In this document: one piece after another, positions 7,253 to 20,526 of the stretch
Numbering within the stretch: the stretch's first letter is position 1
Layout: every line of letters starts with the position of its first letter
From: Dehalococcoidia bacterium
Lineage (GTDB): Bacteria > Chloroflexota > Dehalococcoidia > Dehalococcoidales > UBA1222
DNA: 64,000 nucleotides
NCBI GenBank assembly: GCA_003597995.1
Contig: QZJY01000070.1
Location: 2,081-66,080 of the forward strand
Reading direction: 5' to 3'
Translations under genes and position numbers: made by a program
Notes under the pieces: model-generated
Told to the model about the DNA's origin: nothing
Databases searched by the model: none
Seen by the model: the letters and a program-made list of their open reading frames with translations, nothing else

Positions 7253-8893
7253 ATGAAGGCAGCTTTGTACGCTAGGGTATCATCTGACGCCCAGGATACG
7301 GTATTATCCCTTTCGGCCCAGCTACGGGCCTTAAGGGAATATGCGCAAAAGAACGGCTATGAGGTAGCCCAAGAGTTTGTGGATGAGGCGGAGAGTGGGC
7401 GCTCTACCGACCGTCCGGCCTTTAAAGAGATGATCGCCTTCGCTAGAGCCAAACACCTACCCTTTGAAGCCATCCTTGTCTGGAAGCTGAACCGCTTTGC
7501 TAGGAGTAGGGCTGATTCTGTAACCTACAAAATGCTCCTAAAGAAACAGGGTATCACGGTCATCTCCATAAACGAGCCCGTGGATGATTCACCGACCGGG
7601 CATCTTCTGGAAGGTATCATCGAGTCGATTGATGAGTTTTACTCTTCGAATATGGGCCAGGACATCATGCGCGGTATGAGGGAGAATGCCCAGCGGGGTT
7701 TCTTCAACGGTTCAAGACCGCCCTATGGCCTACGCCGGGTGCCCTTTCAGGACGGTGCTAAGACGAGAAATAAGTTAGAACCTGACAAAGAGGATGCTGA
7801 ATCGGTACAGACAGTTCGACGCATGTTTGGCATGGCTATGAAAGACATAGGCTGTAAGGAAATCGCTAAAGCTCTCAATCGCGAGGGCATCAAGACCTCT
7901 ACCGGGCAACTCTGGGGCAAAACAACGGTATATAAGGTGCTGACCAATGAGGCATACTGTGGCACCCTTGTCTGGGGTGACCGTGTAGGGCACTTAGCGG
8001 CCAAAGGCAGCTGCCGTCCGGTGAGGGTCGAGAATGCATGGCCAGCCATCATCGACAAAGAGACTTTTATTGAGCTTCAGAGAAGGATGACGCTTAAAAG
8101 GCCTAATACCACTCATCCCCGAACTGTACCCAGCTTCTATCTATTGAGTGGGTTTCTCTTCTGTTCTTGTGGCCACGCCATGATCGGCCGCAGTGCCAAG
8201 TCCCACCAGTACTACTACTACATGTGCAACGAAGGTTTAAAGAAGGGGAATGATGCTTGTGGTGCCAGAGCCCTTCCCAAGGACAAGCTAGAGCAACTGG
8301 TTATCGACCAGGTCAAGAACAAGATACTAGATCAGGAGTCGTTGGAGAAATTGGTTGAACTTGTGAACCAGGAGCTTGATTCAAGCCATGATGTGCTCCG
8401 AGACAGGCTAGATGCCTTCGATGCCGAGTTGAATGATGTTAGAACTAGATTATCAAAGCTGTACGATGCTCTCGAAACGGGGAGGATTAGCTTGGAAGAC
8501 TTAGCTCCACGAATTAGAGAGTTGCGCCTGCGCCAAGATGAAATAAGCAAGAAAAGACTGGAAACGGAGGTTGAAGGAGTTGCCCAGGGAGTGAAGCAAG
8601 TGGATGCTAAAACCATTCAATCCTACGCTGAGGACCTGAAGATACTTCTCGAACAAGCCAACATCGCCGAGAGTAAGGCTTTCCTCCGCTCGTTTATCAA
8701 ACGAGTTGAGGTGGATGGAGACCAGGCATCCATCTTTTACAATCTGCCAATTCCGTCCAACGGAGAGAATAGGTCAGCAACAGTTCTGCCTATGGTTACC
8801 TTTGGTGGAGCCGGGGGGATTCGAACCCCCTACCTTTTGACTGCCAGTCAAACGTTCTCCCGAGTGAACTACGGCCCCAAAAGACAGAACTAA
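7253..8893 (+). CDS. Large serine recombinase (integrase)
   Basis: YARVSS catalytic motif, ESGRSTDRPAF, NRFARS, PPYG, Zn-ribbon LSGFLFCSCG..YYMC, coiled coil. Confidence 0.95.
   Translation: MKAALYARVSSDAQDTVLSLSAQLRALREYAQKNGYEVAQEFVDEAESGRSTDRPAFKEMIAFARAKHLPFEAILVWKLNRFARSRADSVTYKMLLKKQGITVISINEPVDDSPTGHLLEGIIESIDEFYSSNMGQDIMRGMRENAQRGFFNGSRPPYGLRRVPFQDGAKTRNKLEPDKEDAESVQTVRRMFGMAMKDIGCKEIAKALNREGIKTSTGQLWGKTTVYKVLTNEAYCGTLVWGDRVGHLAAKGSCRPVRVENAWPAIIDKETFIELQRRMTLKRPNTTHPRTVPSFYLLSGFLFCSCGHAMIGRSAKSHQYYYYMCNEGLKKGNDACGARALPKDKLEQLVIDQVKNKILDQESLEKLVELVNQELDSSHDVLRDRLDAFDAELNDVRTRLSKLYDALETGRISLEDLAPRIRELRLRQDEISKKRLETEVEGVAQGVKQVDAKTIQSYAEDLKILLEQANIAESKAFLRSFIKRVEVDGDQASIFYNLPIPSNGENRSATVLPMVTFGGAGGIRTPYLLTASQTFSRVNYGPKRQN
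8803..8878 (-). tRNA. tRNA-Ala(GGC)
   Basis: GGGGCCG acceptor with G3-U70, TTTGA-CTGGCAG-TCAAA anticodon arm, GGTTCGAATCC T-arm, encoded CCA. Confidence 0.97.
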
Positions 8894-9029
8894 ATTTAAC
8901 ACAAATTGGCCTGGCTTGCAAGGTTGATTGCATCAAAGCCTGATGCCCTGAAGCGTCACGGATAGTTGAATGCGGCTCGCCGATGTCCTATACTTTTGTT
9001 GGCAATCCCGTCAAGGAGGTAAGCCTCAG

Positions 9030-9242
9030 ATGACCAAGGCACTTAAAGAATTGATTATCGTTTTTCTGGTTGGAGCGGGGACGCTTACCCTCCTGTGGGG
9101 ATTTCTCTACCAGAAAAACACGTCCATCGTACCCGGCCAGGTAACGACGGTCAGCCAAATCATGTGGAGCGCTGTAGGAGCGGGGGCCGGCCTCATTGTC
9201 GTGGGGGCTTTACTGGGGTTCTTTCTCAAGCCAGCCAAATAG
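9030..9242 (+). CDS. Small two-TM membrane protein
   Basis: AGGAGGT RBS before MTKALKE; two hydrophobic segments. Confidence 0.7.
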   Translation: MTKALKELIIVFLVGAGTLTLLWGFLYQKNTSIVPGQVTTVSQIMWSAVGAGAGLIVVGALLGFFLKPAK

Positions 9243-10727
9243 CTAGCGCTTGACCTTCCACGCTGTGCCGCCGACGGCATCCTCAATAATGATGCCTATG
9301 GACTCCAGTCGCTTGCGAATATCGTCAGCCTGCTGGTATTGCTTAGCGTTACGAAGCAGATGGCGAGCCGTTATAGTCCCGCTTATGTTCTCCGTTATTT
9401 CCTCATCATTGATATCAGAGTCGTGAAGCCCGGACTCAATTTCTGGAAGAAGGTTCTCGAATTTAGTCCAAGCAGCTTCGGTTATGGTCTGGCTGGCTGT
9501 CTCCGGCGAAGGTTTCGGCACGAATCCAGCCAGTTCGGATTTCGATAAACTCAACCCCAGCACCCCGCCAAGCTCTTTGAGCAGCTCCTGTCCGGCGGAG
9601 ACATCATAACCCTCATCCCGCAGGCGGTTTAGCTCGCGTATCATATCGAAAAGCAAGGCCAGCGCCTGGGGGGTATTGAAGTCGTCGTCCATCGCCTCTA
9701 TGAAGCGCTGGCGGTAAGAGATGGGGTCGAAGTCCCCCTTTTTCCCTCCAGACGTGCTCGACTCAAGGGCCTGGCGCAGCCTGTCGGCGCCTTTTTCCGC
9801 TGCCTCCAGCGCTTCTGGCGTGTAGGTCAGCGGGCTGCGGTAGTGCGAGCCCAGCACGAAGATGCGGATGGCGTCGCTGGAGTACTTCGCCAGAGCCTCC
9901 TTGATGCTGATGATGTTGCCCAGGCTTTTGCTCATTTTCTCTTCGCCGAGCCGCAGCAGGCCATTGTGCATCCAGTATTTAACGAAGGGCTTCTTACCGG
10001 TAAAGGCCTCCGACTGGGCGATTTCGTTCTCGTGGTGCGGGAAGATGAGGTCCGCACCGCCCCCGTGTATGTCCAGCGTCTCACCCAGGTATTTGAGCGT
10101 CATGGCGCTGCACTCGATGTGCCAGCCCGGCCTGCCTTCTCCCCAGGGGCTGTCCCAGGCGGGCTCGCCCGGTTTGGCCGCCTTCCACATGACGAAATCC
10201 ATGGGGTTTTCTTTTTCATCGCCCGGCTCGATGCGCGCTCCGGCCATCATCTGGTCGAGCGTGCGGTGCGCCAGTTTGCCGTAGTCGTCCAGTTTGGTGA
10301 CGCGGAAATAAACGCTGCCCCCGGCGGGATAGGCGTAGCCTTTGTCCACTAACCCCTGCACTATCTCTATTATCTTGGGTACTTCCTGGGTGGCGCGGGG
10401 GTACAGATCCATGCGGCTGACGTTGAGGGCGTCCATGTCGCGCATAAACTCGGCCATGTTCTTCTCGGCCAGCTCGGAGATGCTCACGCCCAGCGCGGCG
10501 GCCTTGTTGATTATCTTGTCGTCGATATCGGTGAAATTTTGAACGGCCTTGACCTTATAGCCGCGGAACTTGAGGTAGCGGCGGATGGCGTCGAAGTTGA
10601 TATAGCTCATGGCATGGCCGATGTGCGCCTCGGACTGCGGCGTGATGCCGCAGACGTACATCTTGACCTCGTCGCCCTGGGGGATGAACTCCTCTTTTTG
10701 GCCGGAGAGGGTGCTGGTGATTTTCAT
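9243..10727 (-). CDS. cysS: Cysteinyl-tRNA synthetase
   Basis: [26 protein letters not shown]. Confidence 0.98.
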   Translation of the reverse strand: MKITSTLSGQKEEFIPQGDEVKMYVCGITPQSEAHIGHAMSYINFDAIRRYLKFRGYKVKAVQNFTDIDDKIINKAAALGVSISELAEKNMAEFMRDMDALNVSRMDLYPRATQEVPKIIEIVQGLVDKGYAYPAGGSVYFRVTKLDDYGKLAHRTLDQMMAGARIEPGDEKENPMDFVMWKAAKPGEPAWDSPWGEGRPGWHIECSAMTLKYLGETLDIHGGGADLIFPHHENEIAQSEAFTGKKPFVKYWMHNGLLRLGEEKMSKSLGNIISIKEALAKYSSDAIRIFVLGSHYRSPLTYTPEALEAAEKGADRLRQALESSTSGGKKGDFDPISYRQRFIEAMDDDFNTPQALALLFDMIRELNRLRDEGYDVSAGQELLKELGGVLGLSLSKSELAGFVPKPSPETASQTITEAAWTKFENLLPEIESGLHDSDINDEEITENISGTITARHLLRNAKQYQQADDIRKRLESIGIIIEDAVGGTAWKVKR

Positions 10728-10794
10728 TTGAAGGTTATTATATCAGGATGGGGTGGAAAAAGGCGATATGCGTGCCACTCCTCCTCCTTGAGGA

Positions 10795-10901
10795 ACTACC
10801 CCTCACTCCTTCGACAAGCTCAGGACAAGTTCTTATCTCTCCCCCAAGGGGCGAGAGGAAAGAAGGGGATTGCCACGCTCACTTCGCTCGCTCGCAATGA
10901 C
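10795..10901. repeat. Cluster of REP-like palindromes
   Basis: CCCCTCAC..CCTTCGACAAGCTCAGGA..CTCTC..GAGAGG and ATTGC..CTCGCAATGAC motifs recur at 12720-12762, 14293-14418, 32084-32145, 36600-36750, 40467-40505, 57395-57750. Confidence 0.7.
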
Positions 10902-11334
10902 ACGCTTTTCATCCTGATTCTTCAAGGGAGCAGCCACGGCCATTCGTTTTCGTTTTTTATGGGGGCTTTTTTTCCGGAAACGACTGAATCCAGTTTTAGC
11001 TTTGGTCTGCGACAACCCAGGCACGAGGGTCGTCTCCTTGAAATGACGATTGGTTTTTCCTTTAGCTTTGATTCGTTTTTTTGACGCCGCGCATGAAATG
11101 TTCGTTAGCGGTTTTTCGTTCCAGCGCCCACGCATGGAAATTGGTATCCAAACCGAAGTTTTCGGTACTCGTTCCGTGTTTTCAGGCACTGCGAAAAACG
11201 AATGGGATTCGAATAAAGGGGCTCTTAATTTGTTAAGGGACGGGGGAAGAAATATGTTAGCATGCAGAGACGAAAAAGGACATAGATAATTGTCATGTCT
11301 TTACCGGAGGACATGGCGCGTTGTGTTTTGTTGC

Positions 11335-11358
11335 GGGCGAGGCATGCCTCGCCCCTAC
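11335..11358. repeat. GTAG-type REP palindrome GGGCGAGGCATGCCTCGCCC-CTAC
   Basis: Identical copy at 12691-12714; variants at 12658, 23863, 35713. Confidence 0.8.
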
Positions 11359-11451
11359 ATCGGCGGGCAAGGAGCCGTGGCTCTGCGTAACACAAGAGAG
11401 GTGGGGGAAAATCCCCTTTAATCCCCCTTTCGCCAAAGGGGGGGAACTCAT

Positions 11452-11925
11452 TTACGCTTTCTCAATGGCCGCTATCGCCCAGGCAACCATGCCCTCCTCG
11501 CGGCCCACGAAGCCCAGTTGTTCCGAGGTGCTGGCCTGAATGCCGATGTCGCCAACCGGGCATCCGAGAGCTCCCGCTATCGCAGCGCGCATGGCGTCGA
11601 TATGCGGGGCGAGTTTGGGCTGCTCAGCCACGATGGTAGCATCGACATTTCCGACTTTATAACCTGCCTTCTTGAGCATCTGGCCGACTTTGCCAAGCAG
11701 GATGAGGCTCGAAACACCTTTATACTGCGGGTCGCCAGGCGGGAAGTGCCTGCCGATGTCTCCCAGCGCCGCCGCCCCCAGCAGGGCATCCATGACGGCG
11801 TGGGTAAGCACGTCGGCGTCACTCCAGCCGATGAGGCCCTGATGGTGGGGAATCTTGACGCCGCCTAAAACCAGCGGCACAGCAGGGGCCAGACGGTGGA
11901 CGTCGTAACCCAGACCGATACGCAT
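11452..11925 (-). CDS. ispF: 2-C-methyl-D-erythritol 2,4-cyclodiphosphate synthase
   Basis: RIGLGYDVH, SDADVLTHA, GDIGRHFP. Confidence 0.97.
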   Translation of the reverse strand: MRIGLGYDVHRLAPAVPLVLGGVKIPHHQGLIGWSDADVLTHAVMDALLGAAALGDIGRHFPPGDPQYKGVSSLILLGKVGQMLKKAGYKVGNVDATIVAEQPKLAPHIDAMRAAIAGALGCPVGDIGIQASTSEQLGFVGREEGMVAWAIAAIEKA

Positions 11926-11926
11926 G

Positions 11927-12613
11927 TTAGCCCTCCTTCCTCAGCCACAGGGCTTCGACCAGATTCAAGTCGGCCGGCGTGGTCAACTTGATATTGTCAT
12001 AAGCACCCATATAGAGCTTGACGCGAATTCCGATGGCTTCCACCAGCGCGGCGTCGTCGGTGACGTCGCCCGACGCTTTATCATATCCCTCTTTAATTAT
12101 ATCAAAACGAAAAACCTGCGGCGTCTGCACGGCCCACAGGCGCGAGCGGTTTAGCGTCTCCTTGACATAACCGCCTTCATCCACCAGCTTGACGGTGTCG
12201 ATTACGGGCACGGCGGCTACAGCCGCGCCGGTCTCCTGGGCGGCCTCCAGTCCCCTGGTGATGAGTTCCGCCCCGACCAGAGGGCGGGCGCCGTCGTGGA
12301 TGACCACCCACTTGCAGGCCGGCAGGGTTTTAAGGCCGGATTCAACCGAGTCCTGACGGCGTACTCCACCCGGAACGACCTTCGCCAGTTTGGACAGGTT
12401 TTTGCCGGCGAGCAGGTGCTTGCCACGCGCCACGTTGTCCTGATTGAGCACGATAACGAAGTAGTCGATGTAGGGGGAATCCTCAAAAACGCGGGCAACG
12501 CGCTCCAGAACGGAGGTGCCGCCCAGAGGGGCGAATATCTTGTCGATGCCCCCCATGCGCTCCCCGCGTCCGGCGGCTACGATTATGGCGCCGACTTTTT
12601 GAGACTTAAACAT
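11927..12613 (-). CDS. ispD: 2-C-methyl-D-erythritol 4-phosphate cytidylyltransferase
   Basis: AAGRGERMG, HDGARP, QTPQVF, TDDA, NIKLTTPADL. Confidence 0.97.
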   Translation of the reverse strand: MFKSQKVGAIIVAAGRGERMGGIDKIFAPLGGTSVLERVARVFEDSPYIDYFVIVLNQDNVARGKHLLAGKNLSKLAKVVPGGVRRQDSVESGLKTLPACKWVVIHDGARPLVGAELITRGLEAAQETGAAVAAVPVIDTVKLVDEGGYVKETLNRSRLWAVQTPQVFRFDIIKEGYDKASGDVTDDAALVEAIGIRVKLYMGAYDNIKLTTPADLNLVEALWLRKEG

Positions 12614-12763
12614 TGTCTGTCATATTCCTATAGCTCGACTTCGCCCGGGGGACAAGCGGGCACAGCATGCTGTGCCCCTACTTTTTTTTTGGGCGAGGCA
12701 TGCCTCGCCCCTACAAAATCCATTTCCTCTCCATTGCGGGGAGAGGATGAAAGGTGAGGGTGG

Positions 12764-14155
12764 CTACCCATTTTCCTCTCCCTGAATTTTCTCTTTCCCC
12801 ACCAGCCCCAGCCTCACCGCCTCGCGCAGGGTGCTTACGGGCACGGGTTCGATGTCAGTAACATGTAAGTTGCGCATGCCGGAGCGCGGAACAAGGCATT
12901 TTTTGAAACCAAGTCGGGCGGCCTCGGCCAAACGTCTTTCGAGCTGTGGCACTGCCCTGATTTCTCCCGACAGCCCCACCTCGCCCACCGCCGCCATCTC
13001 GGCATCCACAGGCTGGTCTTTGAAGCTGGAAACTATAGCGAGGGCAATGGCCAGGTCGGCGGCGGGCTCGTCTATCTGTATGCCGCCGGTGACGTTGACG
13101 ATGATGTCCTGGTTGCTCAGCCTGAGTCCCAGCCTACGGCTGAGCACGGCGGTGATGAGCAACAACCTGCCAAAATCCACGCCGTTGGCGGTGCGGCGGG
13201 GTAGGCCAAAGCTGGTTAAGCTCGTCAGCGCCTGCACAACAACAAGCAGGGGTCTACTGCCCTCCAGAGTCGCGGTGACTACTGAGCCGATGGAATCGCC
13301 CTGGCGCTGCGATAAAAAGAGTTGGGAAGGATTGTCCACCTCTACCAATCCCTTTTCCTTCATCTCGAAGATGCCCACCTCGTTGGTAGAGCCGAAGCGG
13401 TTTTTGACAGCCCTCAGTAGGCGATAGGAACTGAAGGGCTCGCCCTCGAAGTAGAGCACGGAATCAACAATGTGCTCCAGCACGCGCGGCCCGGCGATAG
13501 CACCGTCTTTGGTGACGTGGCCGGTGATGAAAACGGGCGTCTGGGTCTGCTTAGCCCAGCGCATAAGCCGGAGGGTGCATTCGCGCACCTGAGTGATGCT
13601 GCCGGAGGAGGTATCCAATTCCGGCAGAAAGACGGACTGGATGGAGTCCACGATTGCCAAGCAGGGCTTGAGCCTGTCGAGGTGCTCGATGATGCTGTCG
13701 AGGTTGGTCTCGGCGAGGAGATATAATCGCTCGCCGGATATGCTCAGTCGTTTGGCTCGGAGTCTGGTCTGGTGCAGCGTTTCCTCGCCGCTGACATAGG
13801 CTACGGTACCTCTTGTCGATGCCAAGTGAGAGGCCACCTGTAAAAGAAGGGTGGATTTGCCTATGCCGGGTTCTCCGCCGATGAGCACCAGCGAACCGGG
13901 GACCAGCCCGCCGCCCAGCACGCGGGAAAGCTCGGCGATGTCCACCGCCCAGCGCTCCTCGGTTGTCACTTCTACTTTGGATAGTTCCTGGGGGATGCTG
14001 AGGGGGGCTGAAGCCGCCATCTGATTGCTGGACACCGCCTTGATGGTCTGTTCGGCAAAGCTGTTCCACGCGGAGCAGGCGGGGCACTGTCCCATCCAGC
14101 GCAGGCTTTCCTTGCCGCATTCTTTGCATACGAAGACGATTTTTGATTTAGCCAC
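12764..14155 (-). CDS. radA: DNA repair protein RadA/Sms
   Basis: N-terminal C4 finger, GEPGIGKST, KNRFG. Confidence 0.98.
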   Translation of the reverse strand: MAKSKIVFVCKECGKESLRWMGQCPACSAWNSFAEQTIKAVSSNQMAASAPLSIPQELSKVEVTTEERWAVDIAELSRVLGGGLVPGSLVLIGGEPGIGKSTLLLQVASHLASTRGTVAYVSGEETLHQTRLRAKRLSISGERLYLLAETNLDSIIEHLDRLKPCLAIVDSIQSVFLPELDTSSGSITQVRECTLRLMRWAKQTQTPVFITGHVTKDGAIAGPRVLEHIVDSVLYFEGEPFSSYRLLRAVKNRFGSTNEVGIFEMKEKGLVEVDNPSQLFLSQRQGDSIGSVVTATLEGSRPLLVVVQALTSLTSFGLPRRTANGVDFGRLLLITAVLSRRLGLRLSNQDIIVNVTGGIQIDEPAADLAIALAIVSSFKDQPVDAEMAAVGEVGLSGEIRAVPQLERRLAEAARLGFKKCLVPRSGMRNLHVTDIEPVPVSTLREAVRLGLVGKEKIQGEENG

Positions 14156-14484
14156 GTGTTGACTTTAGCCGATTTAAGCATGGAACGCAAGGTCTTAAAT
14201 ACGAAATCCGAATATCGAAATACGAAATAGATGGAGAAGGAAGAGTGTTATTATCGCTTTGGTATTTCCAAATGGAAGGAAGAAATGTCCGGGATTGCCA
14301 CGTCGTCCCGCCACGGCGGGCGGACTCCTTGCAATGGTAAAAACATAGAATTGATTATGCCGTCAGACTATTCGGTAGAGATTGCTTCGTCCCGACGGTA
14401 TCGGGACTCGCAACGACGTCATAAGAAAAAGAGAGGGAGCGAAAGCTCCCTCTCTTCTATATTCTATCTAAGTCTAACTTAGGA

Positions 14485-16968
<2,484 letters not shown>

Positions 16969-17014
16969 ATATCTACCTCACAGGGGGCTGCGATTGGCAT
17001 CACAGATACAATGT

Positions 17015-17043
17015 ATTATACGTCAACTTTGCTCAGGCGTCAA
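17015..17043 (-). promoter_or_regulatory. sigma70 promoter of clpC
   Basis: TTGACG-17 nt-TATAAT on the minus strand. Confidence 0.65.
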
Positions 17044-17215
17044 AGCTCAAACCTCATAAAATCTACTATGGAATTAAAGATTGCCGCGTGCGCCATAGGC
17101 TGAGAAGGAAGAATATCATATTTTTCCCATCCCGGGCCTGTCTCAGCAGGTGTTATGACCATTAGTACTTTTAGTACTTGTTTTAACCCCAAATAGCTAT
17201 TATAATGAAAAACGC

Positions 17216-20200
17216 ATGGAAACGTCTGATCTGGAGTTCGCCACTAAATGTCTTGTTCCCAAAAAAGGGGAGCATGTCATTGTGCGGCGCCGTCTTATCG
17301 ATCTGTTGCACAGGAAGATCGACAAGCGGGTACAAACGCTGTCTGCTCCGGCGGGCTACGGTAAGACGACGCTGCTGATAGACTTTGCCGGAGAACTGGA
17401 AGCGCCGGTGTGCTGGTATTCGCTGGACGCTTCGGACCAGGACGCGTCCCTGCTGATTGAAGGCATCGTCCATTCCATCCGCCGCAGCTTTCCCGAATTC
17501 GGACAGGCCACACTCGGTCGCCTGGCAGCTTCCAGAGACGCCACCCAGGAGATACGAGCGCTGGCGGGGACACTCAGCGGCGAGATGTACGAGACTATTC
17601 CCGACTTCTTCGTGCTGGTGCTGGATGATTACCATAGCGTAGAAGACAGCCCCGCGGCCCGGGAAATGCTCAACCTGCTTATCGAACGGGCTCCGGAAAA
17701 CTGCCATATCGTGATGGCCAGCCGCACGCCGGTGAACCTGCCCGCGCTGCACAAGCTCAAACTGCAGGAGGCTGCATCCAGCCTTGCCACGGCAGACCTG
17801 GCCTTCGCTCCAGCCGAGATAAAAGACTTGCTTGGCAAACACCACGGGCTGAACCTCACAGAACAGGAGGCCGGCACGCTGGCCGAGGGGACTGAGGGCT
17901 GGATTGTCGGCATACTGCTGAGCAGCTACAGCCTGCGCAGCGGCAAACCCAGCGAAGAGGTATTCAGTCTGTCGCATGAAGACGTTTTCCGTTACCTGGG
18001 GGCGGAGGTATATCTCAAGCAGACTCCTGAAGTGCGGGAATTCCTTCTCGGTTCGAGTACGTTGGAAAGCATGAACCCGGCTAGTTGTGATGCCCTGCTG
18101 CAGCAGAAGGGTTCACACGCATTACTCAAAGATATAGAAAAGAGGAGTCTTTTCATCCAGTGCATAGACGACAAAAAGTCGTGCTTCCGCTATCATGCTT
18201 TATTCCGCGAGTTCCTGCAGAAGACGCTCCTTGTGGAAAACCGAGAACTGTTTACATCTCTCCACTCGCAGGCTGCCCTGTCCGCTGAAAAAGACTGCCG
18301 CTGGCAGGATGCCATCGGGCACTACCTGACGGCCGGCCTTTACACTCAAGCGCAGTTATTGATCGCCCGAGTGGGGCAGGAGTATCTGAAGTCCGGCAAG
18401 TGGAGCACGGTAGCCAAGTGGATAGAGGCGCTGCCGGAGAATGCGCGGGCGGACGACCATGACTTAGTGCTGCTTTATGCACAGAGCCTGATACACCTGG
18501 GAGAAAACGGCAGAGCGGCTCGGTTCTTGACGAAAGCACTGTCACAAACCTCGGACGATGCCGACTGGCTCTTCCGCTCGATGGCTTTTAGCTGGCGTTC
18601 GGCAGCCTTGCGCATCACCGGCCATTTCACCGAGGCCAGGAACGATATCGAACAGGCTATTGCCTTGCTTAATTCTCACAACGGCTCCCCGGACGCCCTG
18701 GGCGACGCTTACAGACGATTGGGTACTATAAGTGCGGAACAGGGAGAATTCCAAATCGCGCTGAACCAGTTCAACCGTGCCTTAGAACTTTTTTCATCCT
18801 TACTGGATGTGGGACAAATGGCTGATGTTCACAATTCAATAGGCGTATTGCACAAACGTCTCGGCCAGTTGAACCAGGCCTTTACCCATTTCGAACGAGC
18901 GCGCGAGGGCTGGCTGGAAACGAAGAACTACGGTGCGCTGGCCGTGACGCTGGTCAATGTGGGTTATGCCTATCAACGTTTCGGCCAGTACTCTCTGGCG
19001 CTGGATACCATGGAAGCCGGGATTGAAAAAGCACGCATGACGGGGTACCGCAGGGCCGAGGCCTGCCTTTTAATCGGCAAAGCAGAAATCCTGCGCGACT
19101 TCGACCGCTACGATGAAGCCCTGGATTCATATAACCAGAGTCTGGATATCGCGCGGGAGGTAATGGAGTCCTACTACGTCATATGTGCCAAGGCTGGGCT
19201 CGGTGAGACCTATCGCTTGCTGGGGGATACCGACAAGGCTGAAGTATTGCTAAAAGAGGCCGTATCGCAGGCTGATTCCCAGGGGCAGGGCTACGAGTCA
19301 GCCCTATTCACCACTCAACTTGGCGTCATCGAGTACGAGCGCGGCCACTATGCGGAAGCGAACAGCATTTTGAAAGGCGTGTGCTTAAAACTAGAAACCA
19401 TCGGCGATAAGGACGGCCTGGCCAAGGCCTGTTTCCATTTGGCCCAGGCCGCCTTCCTGGAGAAGAAGTACGCGGATGCGGTGTCGTATTTGAAACGAGC
19501 TTCAAGCCTGGCCGACGAGCTGGACTACGGCGCCTTCTTGGCTATAGAAGGAAGAAAGGCCGTCCTGCTTATGGAATACGCCGTGGCGGAAGGTATATCA
19601 GTTGAGCGCTTTACCCGCACCGTAGAGAAAATTAAACTGCACCGCCTTGAAATCGATCGACTCAGCCGCGCAGGTAGCCACGCAGGGGCGCCCAGGAAGC
19701 CGGAAATCGAAGCCCGGGCTCTGGGAGAGTCCGGCGTATCTCTTGACGGGCAGCCTATATCAGAGCCGCAGTGGCGCAGCGTGAGGGCCAAGGAGATACT
19801 TTTCTTCCTACTCTCGTCGGACGGGGCTCAAACCCGGGAAAATATCACCGCCGCTGTTTGGCCGGACCTTTCGCCGGCCAAGGCCGCCAGCAATTTCCAC
19901 ATAAACCTGTACCGTTTACGCCGGGCACTGCATCCGCGCATCATCACCATGGAACAGGGGCGTTACCTCATCAACCCCAATCTGGAAATCTGGTTCGACG
20001 CGCTCGAATTCGAAAAGCTGGTAAAGGCCTCGGACAATGCTGGTTTAAGCGACGCCGAGCTTGTTCCCAATCTGGAGAATGCCCTCTCGCTGTACAAGGG
20101 ACAGTTCCTGACCGATATCTACAGCGACTGGGCGGCGGAGAAACGCCAGGAGCTGGAAAACGGGTATGTCAAGGCCTTGATGCTGCTGGCGCGGCTTTCC

Positions 20201-20446
20201 AGTAACCGCGGCCAGCATTACCGGGCTGTCGGCCTCCTGGAAAAACTGCTAACGATTGAGCCTTACCAGGACGAGATATATTGCCACCTTATCGAGGAGC
20301 ACCTGGCAATGGGCAACGACCTGGCGGCTTCCGGCCTCTATAAACGCTATGTCGAGACGGTGGCGCGGGAAATGGACTGTGTGCCCTCCGCCCGCATGCG
20401 CGGTCTATACAAACGTATCCTGACCGGCGGTGTTAACAACAACTGA
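17216..20446 (+). CDS. MalT-type STAND ATPase-TPR regulator with C-terminal OmpR-like wHTH and BTAD (SARP) output
   Basis: APAGYGKTT, LVLDDYH, many TPR repeats, RENITAAVWPD..NLYRLRRAL, LYKGQFL..W..EP..E BTAD pattern. Confidence 0.9.
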   Translation: METSDLEFATKCLVPKKGEHVIVRRRLIDLLHRKIDKRVQTLSAPAGYGKTTLLIDFAGELEAPVCWYSLDASDQDASLLIEGIVHSIRRSFPEFGQATLGRLAASRDATQEIRALAGTLSGEMYETIPDFFVLVLDDYHSVEDSPAAREMLNLLIERAPENCHIVMASRTPVNLPALHKLKLQEAASSLATADLAFAPAEIKDLLGKHHGLNLTEQEAGTLAEGTEGWIVGILLSSYSLRSGKPSEEVFSLSHEDVFRYLGAEVYLKQTPEVREFLLGSSTLESMNPASCDALLQQKGSHALLKDIEKRSLFIQCIDDKKSCFRYHALFREFLQKTLLVENRELFTSLHSQAALSAEKDCRWQDAIGHYLTAGLYTQAQLLIARVGQEYLKSGKWSTVAKWIEALPENARADDHDLVLLYAQSLIHLGENGRAARFLTKALSQTSDDADWLFRSMAFSWRSAALRITGHFTEARNDIEQAIALLNSHNGSPDALGDAYRRLGTISAEQGEFQIALNQFNRALELFSSLLDVGQMADVHNSIGVLHKRLGQLNQAFTHFERAREGWLETKNYGALAVTLVNVGYAYQRFGQYSLALDTMEAGIEKARMTGYRRAEACLLIGKAEILRDFDRYDEALDSYNQSLDIAREVMESYYVICAKAGLGETYRLLGDTDKAEVLLKEAVSQADSQGQGYESALFTTQLGVIEYERGHYAEANSILKGVCLKLETIGDKDGLAKACFHLAQAAFLEKKYADAVSYLKRASSLADELDYGAFLAIEGRKAVLLMEYAVAEGISVERFTRTVEKIKLHRLEIDRLSRAGSHAGAPRKPEIEARALGESGVSLDGQPISEPQWRSVRAKEILFFLLSSDGAQTRENITAAVWPDLSPAKAASNFHINLYRLRRALHPRIITMEQGRYLINPNLEIWFDALEFEKLVKASDNAGLSDAELVPNLENALSLYKGQFLTDIYSDWAAEKRQELENGYVKALMLLARLSSNRGQHYRAVGLLEKLLTIEPYQDEIYCHLIEEHLAMGNDLAASGLYKRYVETVAREMDCVPSARMRGLYKRILTGGVNNN

Positions 20447-20470
20447 AGTCCGGTTTCTACGCGGTTATGG

Positions 20471-20502
20471 AAGGGCATACTAATAAAAAGTATGCCCTTT
20501 TT
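20471..20502 (+). terminator. Intrinsic terminator
   Basis: AAGGGCATAC / GTATGCCCTT stem running into a T tract. Confidence 0.8.
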
Positions 20503-20504
20503 AC

Positions 20505-20526
20505 GTTTGGTAAGAGTTTGGTAAGA
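20505..20526 (+). promoter_or_regulatory. Perfect 11-bp tandem direct repeat, SARP-type operator candidate
   Basis: GTTTGGTAAGA x2, followed by the -10-like TATGTT at 20532. Confidence 0.6.

Larger units (their letters stand above)
1..8810. mobile_element. Right arm of an integrative element/prophage-like island inserted at the 3' end of tRNA-Ala; left end lies outside the window
   Basis: Large serine recombinase abuts and overlaps the tRNA 3' end; also contains a tyrosine recombinase, orphan beta-clamp, P-loop ATPase and hypotheticals; housekeeping genes resume beyond the tRNA. Confidence 0.85.

Noticed and set aside
10833..11289. ORFs of 118 and 79 aa between cysS and ispF
   Set aside because: Run through REP-like palindromes and low-complexity sequence; no recognisable domain
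17162..17179. TTAGTACTT tandem repeat upstream of the STAND regulator
   Set aside because: 9-bp period, AT-rich, unlike the 11-bp repeat; insufficient support as an operator
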